DNA of 59,975 nucleotides from Girardia tigrina (Eukaryota), in assembly GCA_001938485.1 (NCBI GenBank), contig MQRK01245331.1, positions 1-59,975 of the forward strand. The letters are read 5' to 3'. The translations under genes and the position numbers were made by a program. Shown here piece by piece: positions 40,201-53,300 of the stretch; the first letter of the stretch is position 1, and every line of letters starts with the position of its first letter. A model generated the notes under the pieces. It was not told the DNA's origin and made no database searches. It worked only from the letters and a program-made list of their open reading frames with translations.

Positions 40201-43200
40201 AAAATTAAATTTTGTAATGTATCAATAAAATTTCCAAGAGTATTTCCCGGTCGAAAGTGTCTAAATTTAAACAAATCTTTCAATAATTTACGGTACACTG
40301 AAATTCTAAAGTTCAATAATAATATTGGAATTAAATGTACTCATTATTCGAAATTTCGTTCTAAAAAAAATTTAATTCACAAAAAAAATTGGTTACAAAT
40401 TCTTTTTTGTAGACGAATACCAATAAGTTTCCTGTTGAAGTTTTGACTGTCCTAAAGAATCAGAAGATGATGGGAAACGATGCGAATATTACACGAGATG
40501 TCATAAAACATTCTGCTGTCCCATGCTCCGACAGATTAAAAATTTTGCAACAACTTATTAAACAGTTTAATAACTTTCGGTACTTTTATTTTTTAATTGA
40601 GCAAATTTAATAATTAATTTTAAACTCAACCAATATTTTTTTCTAAATTACTTCACTGTTTTTAAATCAGTTATTTTCATATTCGACCGATAAACTTTCA
40701 TATATCCAGCAATATTGCTACCATTTAACAATCTTTTATATTTCTGAATCTTTCCTGAGATGACGTGAAATTTCTTGTATTACTTAATATATCAATTAAT
40801 TGTGATCAAAAAAATGAACGCCATTTTGTAAAAATTATTGTAATTAATTTCGGTTGATCACTCGCCATCGTCAGATTAAATTTATATTAGTTTTTGCAGC
40901 TTATATATGAAAATGATGATTTAGCAATTATTTATGTCATAAAGAATTTGAAAATCTTTTTTTTCCATTTTCTTTTTACATTTTAAATTATGTTCAGCAA
41001 TATTGATTCCATTATCCAATCGACTATACTCTTTGGTGGTGCCAGAAGTTATCGAGTCAAGAGCCGATATGCTTCTCGGCATAGATGCCATCAGTAAACT
41101 CAGGGTAGTGTGGGTGGCCGATTGCGGCGGCACCCCGAGATTCGGACGCGTCGGATCGGAGCCTGTGGCTCTATCAAGTGATCCGACACGCAGGACAGGA
41201 GTGGTGCTTAACACGATTGGGGTTTGGCTTGAATGTGGCACTGAAAATCATGAGGTGCATCATGGGCCACATTTTAAATTCAGACTCTTATTACGACGAC
41301 ATAATTGTCGACACCGGAAAGGTGCCAGAAGAGCATGTCGTAGCGGTCTTCAATAGTTTCGGCCTCGAAAAAAAACTGCCAGTGAAGATCAACGGAGGAA
41401 GAGTGTTAGGGCTCGCGGTACGCGAGATCAACAGATAATTGCGATGGACCCGAGATTGGACCTCCAAAGGAACTTCCAATGGACAACTTTGCGACTAACA
41501 GAGAAGCAGCAATTCGGAAGTGACTTACGGAAATGGGGGTCGAGATCCTTTTTCGGTGTGCAAATCGGCCGAGTGGAAACGGGATTGTCGAGCGCTATCA
41601 CCGAACCATTAAGCACATGGCGGCGCGGAGTGGTAACAGAATCGAGCACATGGTGGCATGGCACAACGCTACCCCGAATTCAGGTGGCATAATTCTGGCA
41701 TCAACCCTTTTTTGAGCAGCAAAGGCGACTACCATTACCGATTAATTTTGCACACCGGTTCCCCGAAATCTGAGAAATCCAAAAAAACGCGGAATTACAC
41801 TTGGGTGAGGCAGTTTTTGTCAAACCGGCAAACTCCAGATGCACAATCCAGTGGAGACGAGTGGTAGTAGACGGATTCTGGCGGCCTCATCAAATATTGA
41901 TTGACGGAGTTTCCTTCCACGTGTCACATGGCAGGCTTGCTCCCAAAGAAGATTCAGAACCGGATGATAATAAATCAAAGATGCCAGGGGTGAGCCATAG
42001 GAGCTCGGAAACACCAGTCTACAGTGATAGCTCCGAAGACGACGATGAATGGCCGAAGGACAACCAGGAAGGTGACTCAGAGTTCAGCCAGACTTCGAGA
42101 AGCAAAGACAAGGAGCAGAGGCCACATCGGACGACCGTTATAAGGTGCAATAAACAGGAAATAATTAGCATTTTCGTGCCACCATAAATTATTTCAATTT
42201 AGAAGTTTTTAAATTACATTTCCATTTCGATAAAATTACATTTTCAATTTAAAAATAAAAATTACATTTTCATTTCTTTCAATTTAAAAATAAAAATTAC
42301 ATTTTCATTTTGTCTCAAAACAATTATATTTTAATTTTAAAATTTATGAATTCATATAATATTAGATTTGTTTTATATTTAGATAAAAGTTACCAAATAA
42401 TTTTTTAGTTCATTTATTATCATTTCAAATATTGTTAGGGTTTCGAAAAATACATGTGAACACTTTTGATAAAATTTTATCTAGAATAAATTTAAAATAA
42501 TTCTTTTGGTAAAATTATTAATTTCAAATAAAATAATATTTAGTTTAACAAAACTTGGAATTAAAAATTATAAATATTTTAGTCTTTGTTTTACTTCATC
42601 AATTTTCAAGGCTGATGAAAACTACTATATAAACAGCAGCAAATTTAGTTTTAGTTTGCCCGAAATATTTGCTGAAAAATTTGCCTAACAAGAATTCTCG
42701 TAAAGGAAACAAGTAACGTGAATATAAAAATTTATTTTATTTTTATTTAATTCTTTTAAAATATTTTTAAACCATAAGTATCCCGTATGGGAGAAAAAGG
42801 TTTATTTTAAAAAATACAATATCGTTCGTTTTGGGAGATTCACAGCTTTTACTGTAATCTGTTAACTCGCACGAAATATTGATTTGTGTTTGTGTTCTGT
42901 CATCAAGAATTGAATTATTATTATTATTTTTGACTTGTTAATTTTTGTTATTTGAAATAAAGTTTCATAAAAGAATCTGCGTTCATTATTCATATATTTA
43001 TGTTGGAAGTCCTTACTGATTAATTGGAGTCAGATTAACGATTAACAAATAAAGATTAAAGATTTAAGATTTGTGTTTAAAAAGTAAATAATTATATTAC
43101 GGATTTCTAATACCTAACAATATTAAATATTACGTTTTATATAGAATTAAAAATTTACTTTATTAATAAATCTGTTTATAGATTTTATGTTAAAGCTAAA

Positions 43201-45217
43201 AAATCAATCTTAAAATTAATTGTTATTTAAATTATTTTTTAGGCTATTTTATGAAAATTTTATTTTAACTTAATCTATAAATCTGCTTATCAAAATGTAA
43301 TTATTTCATTATTAAATTGATTAGATTTAAAATTCAAAAATTTTAAAGCTCCTAACATTCCGAAACGAAAAATTAATATACGGTCTATTTTTTGAAGTCT
43401 CAAAACGTGTTGTGCAGTGAACAGAATAACATTGTTTTATAGTTTTAAATAAATAAAAAATTTAATTATTTTTTTAAAGAAAAAGTAAAATTAGAAATAT
43501 ATTTATTTAAATTAAAAAAAATTGTTTGATTTTTGTTTAGAAATTACGTTGTTTAAATGTTTAAGAGTTTATTGAATGTTATTAAAATATTTCTTTATAA
43601 AACTTGTAAATAGTAAATTATAATTTCTGATGATAGAAAATGAAATTCAAAAACAAGTTCAATAATCAATTTCATAAAAAAAGCTTTAACAAAATTATTT
43701 TCCAATAAAAAAATAAATAAAAAAATAAATTATTTTCCAAAAAATAATATATGTGTGTATTATTTTTTTTAGGAATAACGAGTATTTAAAGAGTTATAAA
43801 GTCGAAATAATTCCTGACTTGATCACACTGAACGGAAGAATTTTGGAGGAACCAGTTGGGTCATTTGAAGGAAAAGAAGAACCAATATCAAAAGGAAAGT
43901 GGACGTTACAAAATAAACGTTTTAAGGATCCCTTTAATGAACCAATTATGTGGGGCTTTCTTGCCTTTGGAACTCAAAAAGATTATGGGGTGTGTTAGTG
44001 ATATTCATTTTTATTAAAATTTTTATTTCATTAGGATGAAGCGATACTTTATCGTTTTGAAGAGGATCTACCCAAAGCTGCTTTCAAGGTCAATGTAAAT
44101 ATTAAACGTTGTTTTAGATTTGAATACATTACTCTCGAAAACATTAGGAAAGTAATTAATGAAATCGTTCAAAGATTAAAAAATGTTTGATCTGTACATT
44201 TAATTTTCATTTAACTTCATTTTTCAGGATAAAGATAATTTGGACTTATTGGTATGTGTTATTAGAAATGAGGAAGAATACCGAATAGTTAAAGAAATTG
44301 GGGATATTGAACTGGGGATCGTCACTCAATGTGTGAACTATTTAAATTTGAAACGCCAGAACAATTTATCTCAATACTTAGGTATATTTACATTTTACAA
44401 TTTTCTCTCGCTAATCCGTGTATTATGGGAACGTAAAAATCGTGTTTCAGGTGGATTATCGAATTTTTTGCGAGTTTTTTTTATTTTTTTTACAATTTTT
44501 CAACATTCTTTTATTTTGTCATATTCGATAATTCTGCCAAAATACGTTTTTTGGCGATCTCATAATGCACGGATTAACGAGTGTAGACTTTATTAGATTT
44601 TTCACCATTTTGAGTAGTAAATTCAGATAAATAATAATTTAAAGTTTGCACAATGTTGAAATTTAAATTAAACGGCTGTCCATTCGTCTACAGCAATGTC
44701 GGGCAACTGGTGCACCGCGAAAAATTCTGAGGGCACCGCAAACATTTTTGTAAAAAAAATAAAATTGTTAGTTATTGAACTTGTTATCAAAAACAATCGC
44801 TATGTTCGCATTAATTATGTAAATTTAATATTTAAAAATAATAAAATGTGTTACATGTTTAAATTTTTTAATAGTATTTATGTATGCATTGTAATTACGT
44901 ACAAGTAAATTTATAGCGAGTCCCCAGGTGCGCCGCGAAAAAAAAGTTTTCAGCTTAGTGCACCGCAACTTGAAAAAGGTTGCCTGACACTGGTGTATAG
45001 GGTATAATTTAGATTTCTATTTTTAACTGTTGGTCGAGATAATTTAAATCTTGACCGAACTTAAACAGAATTAATTAAAGAAATATGTTTTTAAAAATAA
45101 ATTAAAAATAACACTTAGAAATTTTAGTAAAGTTAAAATTTTAAGTAAAATCAAATTTAAATTTCTAATGTGAATGATTCGAAGAAAATATATATTCGGT
45201 GTGATGGACAAATGTAA

Positions 45218-45265
<48 letters not shown>

Positions 45266-47276
45266 GTGAGTATATATATTGTTCATTTATGGTTTTTGTT
45301 TTAATATATAAAATAAGCGGAATCACCGCATTTATTAAGAATTGTTATAATAAGTTAAAAAAATAAAGTTTCGATTTCGAGTGTTGTTTTTTTCAATTTT
45401 CAGAAGTTATTTATCAAATTGAAGTTCAGTGATGATGTATTATGCTGCAGATATTGTTGTTGGGATCCTGATGACTCTGTTTACGATAATTTTGTTCGGT
45501 TTGTGTGTATTCATTCTTCCTTCGTGCAATAAACTGAAAAATAATCTCTTTGAACATTTGATTGAAAAAATTGTGATTGAATGCGATCAACTGATGCAGT
45601 AAAATGGATGAAAATATCCAATGGTATTCAAAGAAAACAACGATATATTATAAATCAAGGAATGCCAAGGGAAGAGAAAGAGAAACAGTCCTCATAAGGA
45701 CTACAAATGCTGATTGGAATCGCAACGCGGAAACAACTGTCTTAGGGCATTTCACGACACTTTAAACTTACATTAGCATTTGTGAATAAGTGGTAATTTA
45801 CAATTATAATTTACGCATTTTTAGATAATTGAAATCTTTATCATTGGAGAATAGGCCTCTTATAAGGGCAAAATATTAAATGGACTGATAGCGCAATTGA
45901 AACAATGTATCATATTCTCTTATATGAAATATTCAAAAGATTTTCAAGAAATTTGACACTGCGGGGAAATTTTCGAATAAATTAAAATGGTAAAGACAAT
46001 CTTTTGAAGAAGAAAACATTGAAGAAGTTTAAAACGAAATAAAAAACAAAAGCAATGCAATGATTTGTCCATTTGAAGCCCCAGAATTATTTAAGGTCCT
46101 CTTATTTGAATTCCATAATCAACTGTTTTAAAGATTAAACATTTTTCGAAAAAAGCATTCAGTCAGCTTGGGTAAATAAAAAAATAACTAACCGTTTCTC
46201 GTATTGTCTTGTAGGAACGTTTTAAAGTTTGTTGAAAGTGTGTCTATAAAGCAAGATTTGTTGATAAAAGTATTTGATGCTGTTTGTGATTTACTGCATG
46301 ATGAGACTTATTTTAACATGGTTCATATAACTAGTTGTATATCTAGCCTCTTTTCATGTCTTTAGACATTTTTGCAGAGATTTTGGATTTTATATTGATA
46401 ATATATGATATAATATAAGATTTTATATATATAATATATGATTTATGCAAAAAACAGAAGTTGTCAACTATTGGTATCTTGGCTCTATTGGTATTGTCTT
46501 TTTAGTATCAAGATATATATTAAGTCATGGTTTCATTATTGTCTTCAAACGATGTATCTTGAAATATGATTTAAAGACTGAAGCACAGCCAAGGGAGAAC
46601 AGAGGCAACTTGTAGTCAAATGTTTCTTCGTTCGAGCTTTCGATGCAGAAGAAAAGAACTTGGGATTGCTTTACTTGAACGAGAGGCCGGGGAATATCCT
46701 CCTAAGATAGTTTGGATCGATCTAGAACATTCAAGGTGAACACTTTCATACAACTTTCATATGAAGAATATTTTCATTACTTTGTTAATTCATGATTGTA
46801 TTTTTCAATCAAAACACAAACGTGGTGTACATATCCAAACCAAATGACACCACTGAATAAGGTTTCACTTCGATGCGGTAGCATAAATGTTAGATTACCA
46901 AGGACTAGGAACAGATGGAAGTAGTTTTTATGATTCTGTTTTTTTTTTCAATACATCATGAACTATTGCAGAAGAGTGTTTTTTTCTGAAAAAAATGGTG
47001 TCAATAAATATATTTACTATTGGATATAGGTAACTAAAAGTCTAAGATTCAATACTTTTAAGTACACGTTAAAAAGGATCTAAGTAAACGTATATTTTGC
47101 TCAAAATATTTTTATGATATGGAGTCTTAAAAGGAGATATTACAACAATAATTGGCAGTTATAAGTAAATAAGACCCAGTGGAGTTAATTGCATTCTTGA
47201 TAATTTCGATAGTTGAAAATATAAAATAAATAAATCATATTGAAATATCTTTGATTATTTGGTTATAATTTTTTGA

Positions 47277-47313
<37 letters not shown>

Positions 47314-50300
47314 GTAATAATAATAAAATAATAATAATAATTATTATTATAATTATAATAATGTTTTAGGAAATATTATGTTAAAAATAAATGCAAAACT
47401 TGGTGGTTCCAATTGGGAAATAAAAAATATTAAATTTAAGCCTATTCCAAATTTATTTATGGTTTTTGGTATTGATGTGACCCACCCTTCATCTAAAGAC
47501 AAAATATCGGAAAGTGTGGCCTCCGTTGTTGGCAGTATAAATAAATCGGCCACTGTCTACAGTGCTTGCATTGAACAGCAAATCTCTCAACAAGATAGAA
47601 AGGCTGTTGAAATTGTAATAAAGTTGGAAGACATGGTTTTTGAATTGCTGCAGGTGAGTTCTTGGTCTATGTTATATATTTGGAAATGGTAACAATAGTG
47701 GTAAAATTATCATCATATATACTGCTTAATATTTATATTTATACACTTTAAAGTCCAATCATTTGAATATTCTTTGATTATTTGTCATTTATTAACTTCT
47801 TAATATTTGTTTTTGGGATTAAAAATATTTGTATTACGCGGTTGGCATTAATGTGATATCAATCGTCATTTTCAGTATCTCTTATAAAGCTGCATGTCTT
47901 TATAAGTTAATTGACTTGAGCAACCCTGAAATTTATACGTACTTTTGAAGAACCATTGAAAAGAATTAAAATTTACGAGATTAATAAATTAAAATTTAGG
48001 TCTTTATATATATATATATATATATATAATATTTGTCTAAAAAGTGTGTTTGTTTGTTTGTTTGTTTGTCGGTCACGCTTTTAAATGTGCAATTGCGGAT
48101 GAACCAGAGTGAATCCATTTTAGATCGTGGCTAATCTGGATAGCTCGCATCAATACGATTCTGTCGGTACAGCGCCTTTGTCGAAAGACGTTCTGAAACC
48201 GATAAAATCGTACAAGTCATTAAATGGTTAAATTAAAGCGTTTACACGAAATATAAAACAAAAATTCGAAAATATAAAACAAAAATTTGAAAAATATAAA
48301 ACAAATAGAATAAATATTAAATAAAAGTGCTAAAAACAGAAGGAAAACAGAAAAAATTTCGAAGATATACATTTGAAAATATAAAATAAATATAATCAAA
48401 AACAAAAACAATTTAAATATAAACTAAAAATAAGGTTCCTAAACCGAAAATAAATATTGAAATAAACTCATAACTAAAAATATAAAAAGATAAAATTTAT
48501 AAAAAATGAAAAAAAATTTAAGATTTTTAAAGAAAATAAAAAAAATTAAAAAAGTAATGTAAATTTAAAAAGCAAATATTAAAAAAAAGAAAGAATTTTT
48601 ACTGCAAAATTTAAAATAACTTAAACACAATATTATTAAAATATATAAATTATTCACAAGTTTGAATTTTAAAAAATTTTAAAATGGTTAATTCTAATTT
48701 TTTATTAAAAGGATGTAAATTCGCTTGAGAATTTGGTATTGCTAAAAATAAAGTTAAAATAAATCATTTATTAAATTTATATGTTTCTTGGTTGTTTTAA
48801 AAATTGAAAAAAGCCACAAAAAGTATACAAAGTTCTTTTACATAAATCTAATCAAAGGCCAAACCAAAACAAAGATACCATCAAAAGAATATGTTTCTAT
48901 TAAAATCAAATAGACAATCAAAAACCAAAAACAAATTACAAAATTATATTTTGTATAAACAAAATAAAAACAACAAAATATTTAATTTGCTTTGAAGATT
49001 GCATATTTTGCATATTTACAGTAACACACAGTATTTTTATAGACTATTTAAATAATAAAAAACAAATAGAACAACAACTTTAATAAAATTCAATTCTTGC
49101 TATACCTCGATCAATCCTAGTTCTCTTATGAGCAAAAAACCGTAAGGACTTGTTGTAGTTGGCATAACAACGTTTTTAAATACCTTGAGACGAACCAGCC
49201 TGTCAACAACAGAGCGGTCTTTTAAACCAAATCGGTTAAGGTTATTTAACCGATACATAGTTAAGACTCAGCCCTCGAAATCAAGACAATCATGAAATAT
49301 TCTCTTTTAATAAAAATTATTTTTAATCTGTTTAAATAATCAACGCTTATTATATTTTGTTTTGATTTTTATTACAAATTATTTGTAATAAAATTACTTA
49401 TTATTTGTAATTATTTATGTTTTATATTTTTCGAATTTTTGTTTTATATTTTTTGAATTTTTGTTTTATATTTTCGAATTTTTGTTTTATATTTTTCGAT
49501 TTTTTGTTTTATATTTTTTGAATTTTTGTTTTATATTTCGTGTAAACGCTGTAATACCGATTTCGAATGATGACGATTTTGATGATTGCTACAAGAAATT
49601 TCGTGAAACCTTTTATGAAATGTTTTTTATTTTCTTTTAAAATATGCAAAAGCCGATGGTCAAAAGCCAGTAACACAGCCCTTTTTACGAAGTAAATAAT
49701 ATTTTATGGACTGCAAATCATCCAGTGATCGTCAGTCATCATTTTGCTATTCCTTTAGATCTCGATTCCAATCTTTAAAGGATCTGATTAAATCGTGACT
49801 TTAGAAAGTGAATTTTAGGCGACTTATTCACCTTCATCTGTTTAAACACATCCAGCATATCTGAAACTATATCTCGATAATCAAGAGATTGATGTTTACT
49901 AAAAAAAATAAATAGCAAATGCTATTTATTCTTTCTGTATGTATGTTGTCCAATTGATTGAAGTATGGAAACATACCAAGAAATTTTTCTGCACATTTTT
50001 AATGGCATTTCAGACACACAATTCCACTGGGGATAATACATCTTGAACTTGCTGAATTTTCATTAGTTTTCTGATATTTGGCCAAACGAAGATGCCTTCT
50101 TTTATTTAAGCTTCTGATAGTCGCGAGAAAATATTCTTTAATATTTTCATTGACTTCCTCTTTGAATCCAACGTCTTGATGAAAATTTTGAAAATGTCTA
50201 ACTTAACATACAAAGGTGGTAAAATTACTTTTCCCGGTGGTACGAGAACCTCATGGATGACATTTTGCACTCCTTGTGTTAGATTTATCCGATCTGGCTA

Positions 50301-53300
50301 AATGCTTCTGATGCATTACTGTTGAAGCACTCTGCTATCCTATAGACAAAAAATCAATTGTACTTGGTGCAGCAACCCTGCATCCCAGGGAGAATTCCGA
50401 TGATTTTCAAATCCGAACAAATTCTCCATTTGAATCTATCATAATGATCTAGCTCAAAAAATTATTTCATTGACGAGTACGATTCTTTCACTTTCATGGA
50501 TTGGGTGCCTTGCAGTGCAGGAAACATGTTGTCCTTATGGAGGTAGAACAGTCTTTATACTGTTGACACTACCATTGACAAAGAGCCACCAGTCCTCTTG
50601 CACATTTATGTGAATTTTCATTCTCGAAAGAAGATCGTGGATGTCGTTGCCGCAGACCATTTCATCGACATCATTTGTTTTGAAGAATTCCACGAACACC
50701 TTATCTCTTGCAATGTAGACGTCGTGTTTTGTTTTAGCATGGTTGCAGCAAAATATGAATCGTCTTTGAATAAACCCAATTTTTTGACAAAACTACCGAG
50801 TTGAACTTCGTTGATGGTCTTAAATGTGTGTTCTACATCATCCGGTCTCCAATCTGCTTCCATATCACCAATTCTTTTTTATACTCCATCATCGCACACT
50901 GAATGTACAAATCACACAGAATGTTTAAATTATTCCGTGGCATAGAAGGCTCTTCTCCTGGTTCATGGGAACTTGGCAGAACTCCTGACCATAAATCAGG
51001 GTAATGAATAAGATGTGCTGTCCTCTTACTTTGACCGCTCAGATTCGTAAAACAGAAGTAACAATCCGTCACATTATCCTTCTTCTCACACCAAGCCATG
51101 AGAGTTGAAAATGGCATTTGTTTCAGTTTTCCAGAAGACCATAGAGAGAGCTCAGAAAAGCATTTCTGACAGGCCTAATGTGGCGCAAATGACTTGTTCT
51201 GGTCTCTAATTTAAATTTTAAAGTAGTGAAAAAAGGCTTTTGATTATTAGTGTAAGCGATCAAACTAAATCTTTAAATATCAAATTTCCTCAAATATAGA
51301 AAATTCTTTTGAAATTGTTTAGACATTCACGTCTATTTAACATAGTAGGAAAAAATATTGTAATTGTTTAAGTATTAAATAAGTAGTAATATTATTAAAT
51401 AACTTACTAGAAAATTATATTACAAATTGCAGTAATGCCACAATTTGAATCATCGCTCGTTGCTTACGCGTTAGAACAGTAGGATAAATTAAATGTAAAT
51501 ATAATGAGCAACATTTGATTGTTATTTTTATTTGCATTTTTTAATTTATTCTATTGTTTTAATATTTAAGCATGGAACGTTGTTTTAAAATATAAAAAAA
51601 ACATATAATTATTAATTTTTCTCAATTTACTAAACAACTGGACATATAGAAGGAAAATGGCTATGATATTCGTGTCAGCATCAAATTTTGGATATAGGTA
51701 AAGACTTCTTTGTTTAAATTTGAGTGTCAGGTAGTGTAATGGCCAAATGTTTTTTAAGAAATTTAATTAAAGATTTTACGATTCGAAACTGCTTTACTTT
51801 GTTCATTTCGAATGTTTAAAAATGCATTTTAGTGTCTTAAGATTCACAGAACTGCCACTCATGATAGGAATCAAAACCTTTCTGTAAAAGAAAAAACTCA
51901 TCCATTCCGAAACATGTTCAATAATCAATTTCTACGAAAAGCTTTAACAAAATTTATTTTAAATATGTATATTGTCTTCATTTGTTTAAGAGTTTGAACA
52001 GATAAGTTAGTTGATTCCCATGGGCTGCTGACCACAATTTAAGATTATCTGTACTTCTATTGTGTTATTATTTTATATTTATTATTTTATTTATGAGTGA
52101 AATTCACTATATATTTAACATTTCTATTTTTCATGAAATTATGATATCAATTAATTTATTTATTCACAAAATAACAAGAAAAGATTCCTTGTCTCAAATT
52201 AAATTGCATAGTTAACGTTGGTGAACTAATGATAAAGAAAAAATATTTTGTTAACTTTTATCAACGCGGAGGGTTCCGAGTTATAAGACCCAATTTTATG
52301 ACGAATAAATAATAATAACTGATCTGATTAGAGACAAAACTGATACAATGTTCAAGTATTTGCGTAGATGATTGAAGCAGAATCAGACAAATTTAGAAAT
52401 GTGAGATGTGATTTGAGATTTTGTAAACATAAAATCCTGAAGAGAGACTTTCAGTTTTAGATGGTTTTTCCTAATTTCAATGGCTTTATACGATGCTATT
52501 TTGTTCTTTTTAGTTATTTTATAAAAATAATATCTGAATAAGAGTTTTGGTTTTTTGTTGAATGTGGTCGAATAATATTTTACGAGGATTTAGAAATTTT
52601 AAGTTATGTAACAGCTCGAAGTAGCAGTTTTTATAATTGATATTTATTCATATCCAGGGTGTTCCAAACACGAAGAAATTTTAACATGTTATTTTTTAAT
52701 CTTGAATTAATCGTGAAAATTCAAAGGGAACTTCGTCAGACGTTTGCAAATATAATATCCAATTTTTTGTTTTAAGTGCAATATGATGGTTGATGTTTGA
52801 TCAATAAAAAATAGCCATGGAAAATATTAGAAAGAAAGGGAAAACAACCTAATAGGAAGTGTATCTAATTTTGGTCAGATAAACTGTTCCAAATTGGCAG
52901 TGTGCTTGATAAGAGGCGGGTACATTTAGCGTTTAAACGACCGCTTAAAAATTTTCGTTTTTCGGATGTTTAAACGTTTAGTGATTTATGAAAGAGAGTG
53001 TAATTTTTAAGTCAACATTTCAAACGTTTGAAATAAAGAAACAGATATGTAAAAACGATGTGCGTATTGCGACTTTACCATTATTTTTGTATCAAAAGTT
53101 CGAACAAAATTGTTTGTTTAAGAATTTCCTGTAAACATTTTCACAATAAATTTATAATCCATAGAATTATTGAAATGAATGGATTTTGAAGAAAATATAA
53201 GTTAGTCGTAATGTTTCTCAATGAAGTTAAAGATCGTTTAAACTTTTATTGCGCTAAACGAAGACCATTTAAACGTTTAGAACATTTTAAAACGTGCCAC

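Noticed and set aside
24937-43119. One giant 18-kb LTR retrotransposon that captured ago exons
   Set aside because: Each LTR has its own distinct TSD (AATT versus ATAT), indicating two independent solo LTRs.
45420-46900. Decayed coding-like sequence in ago intron 12
   Set aside because: No recognisable domain; too degraded to call.
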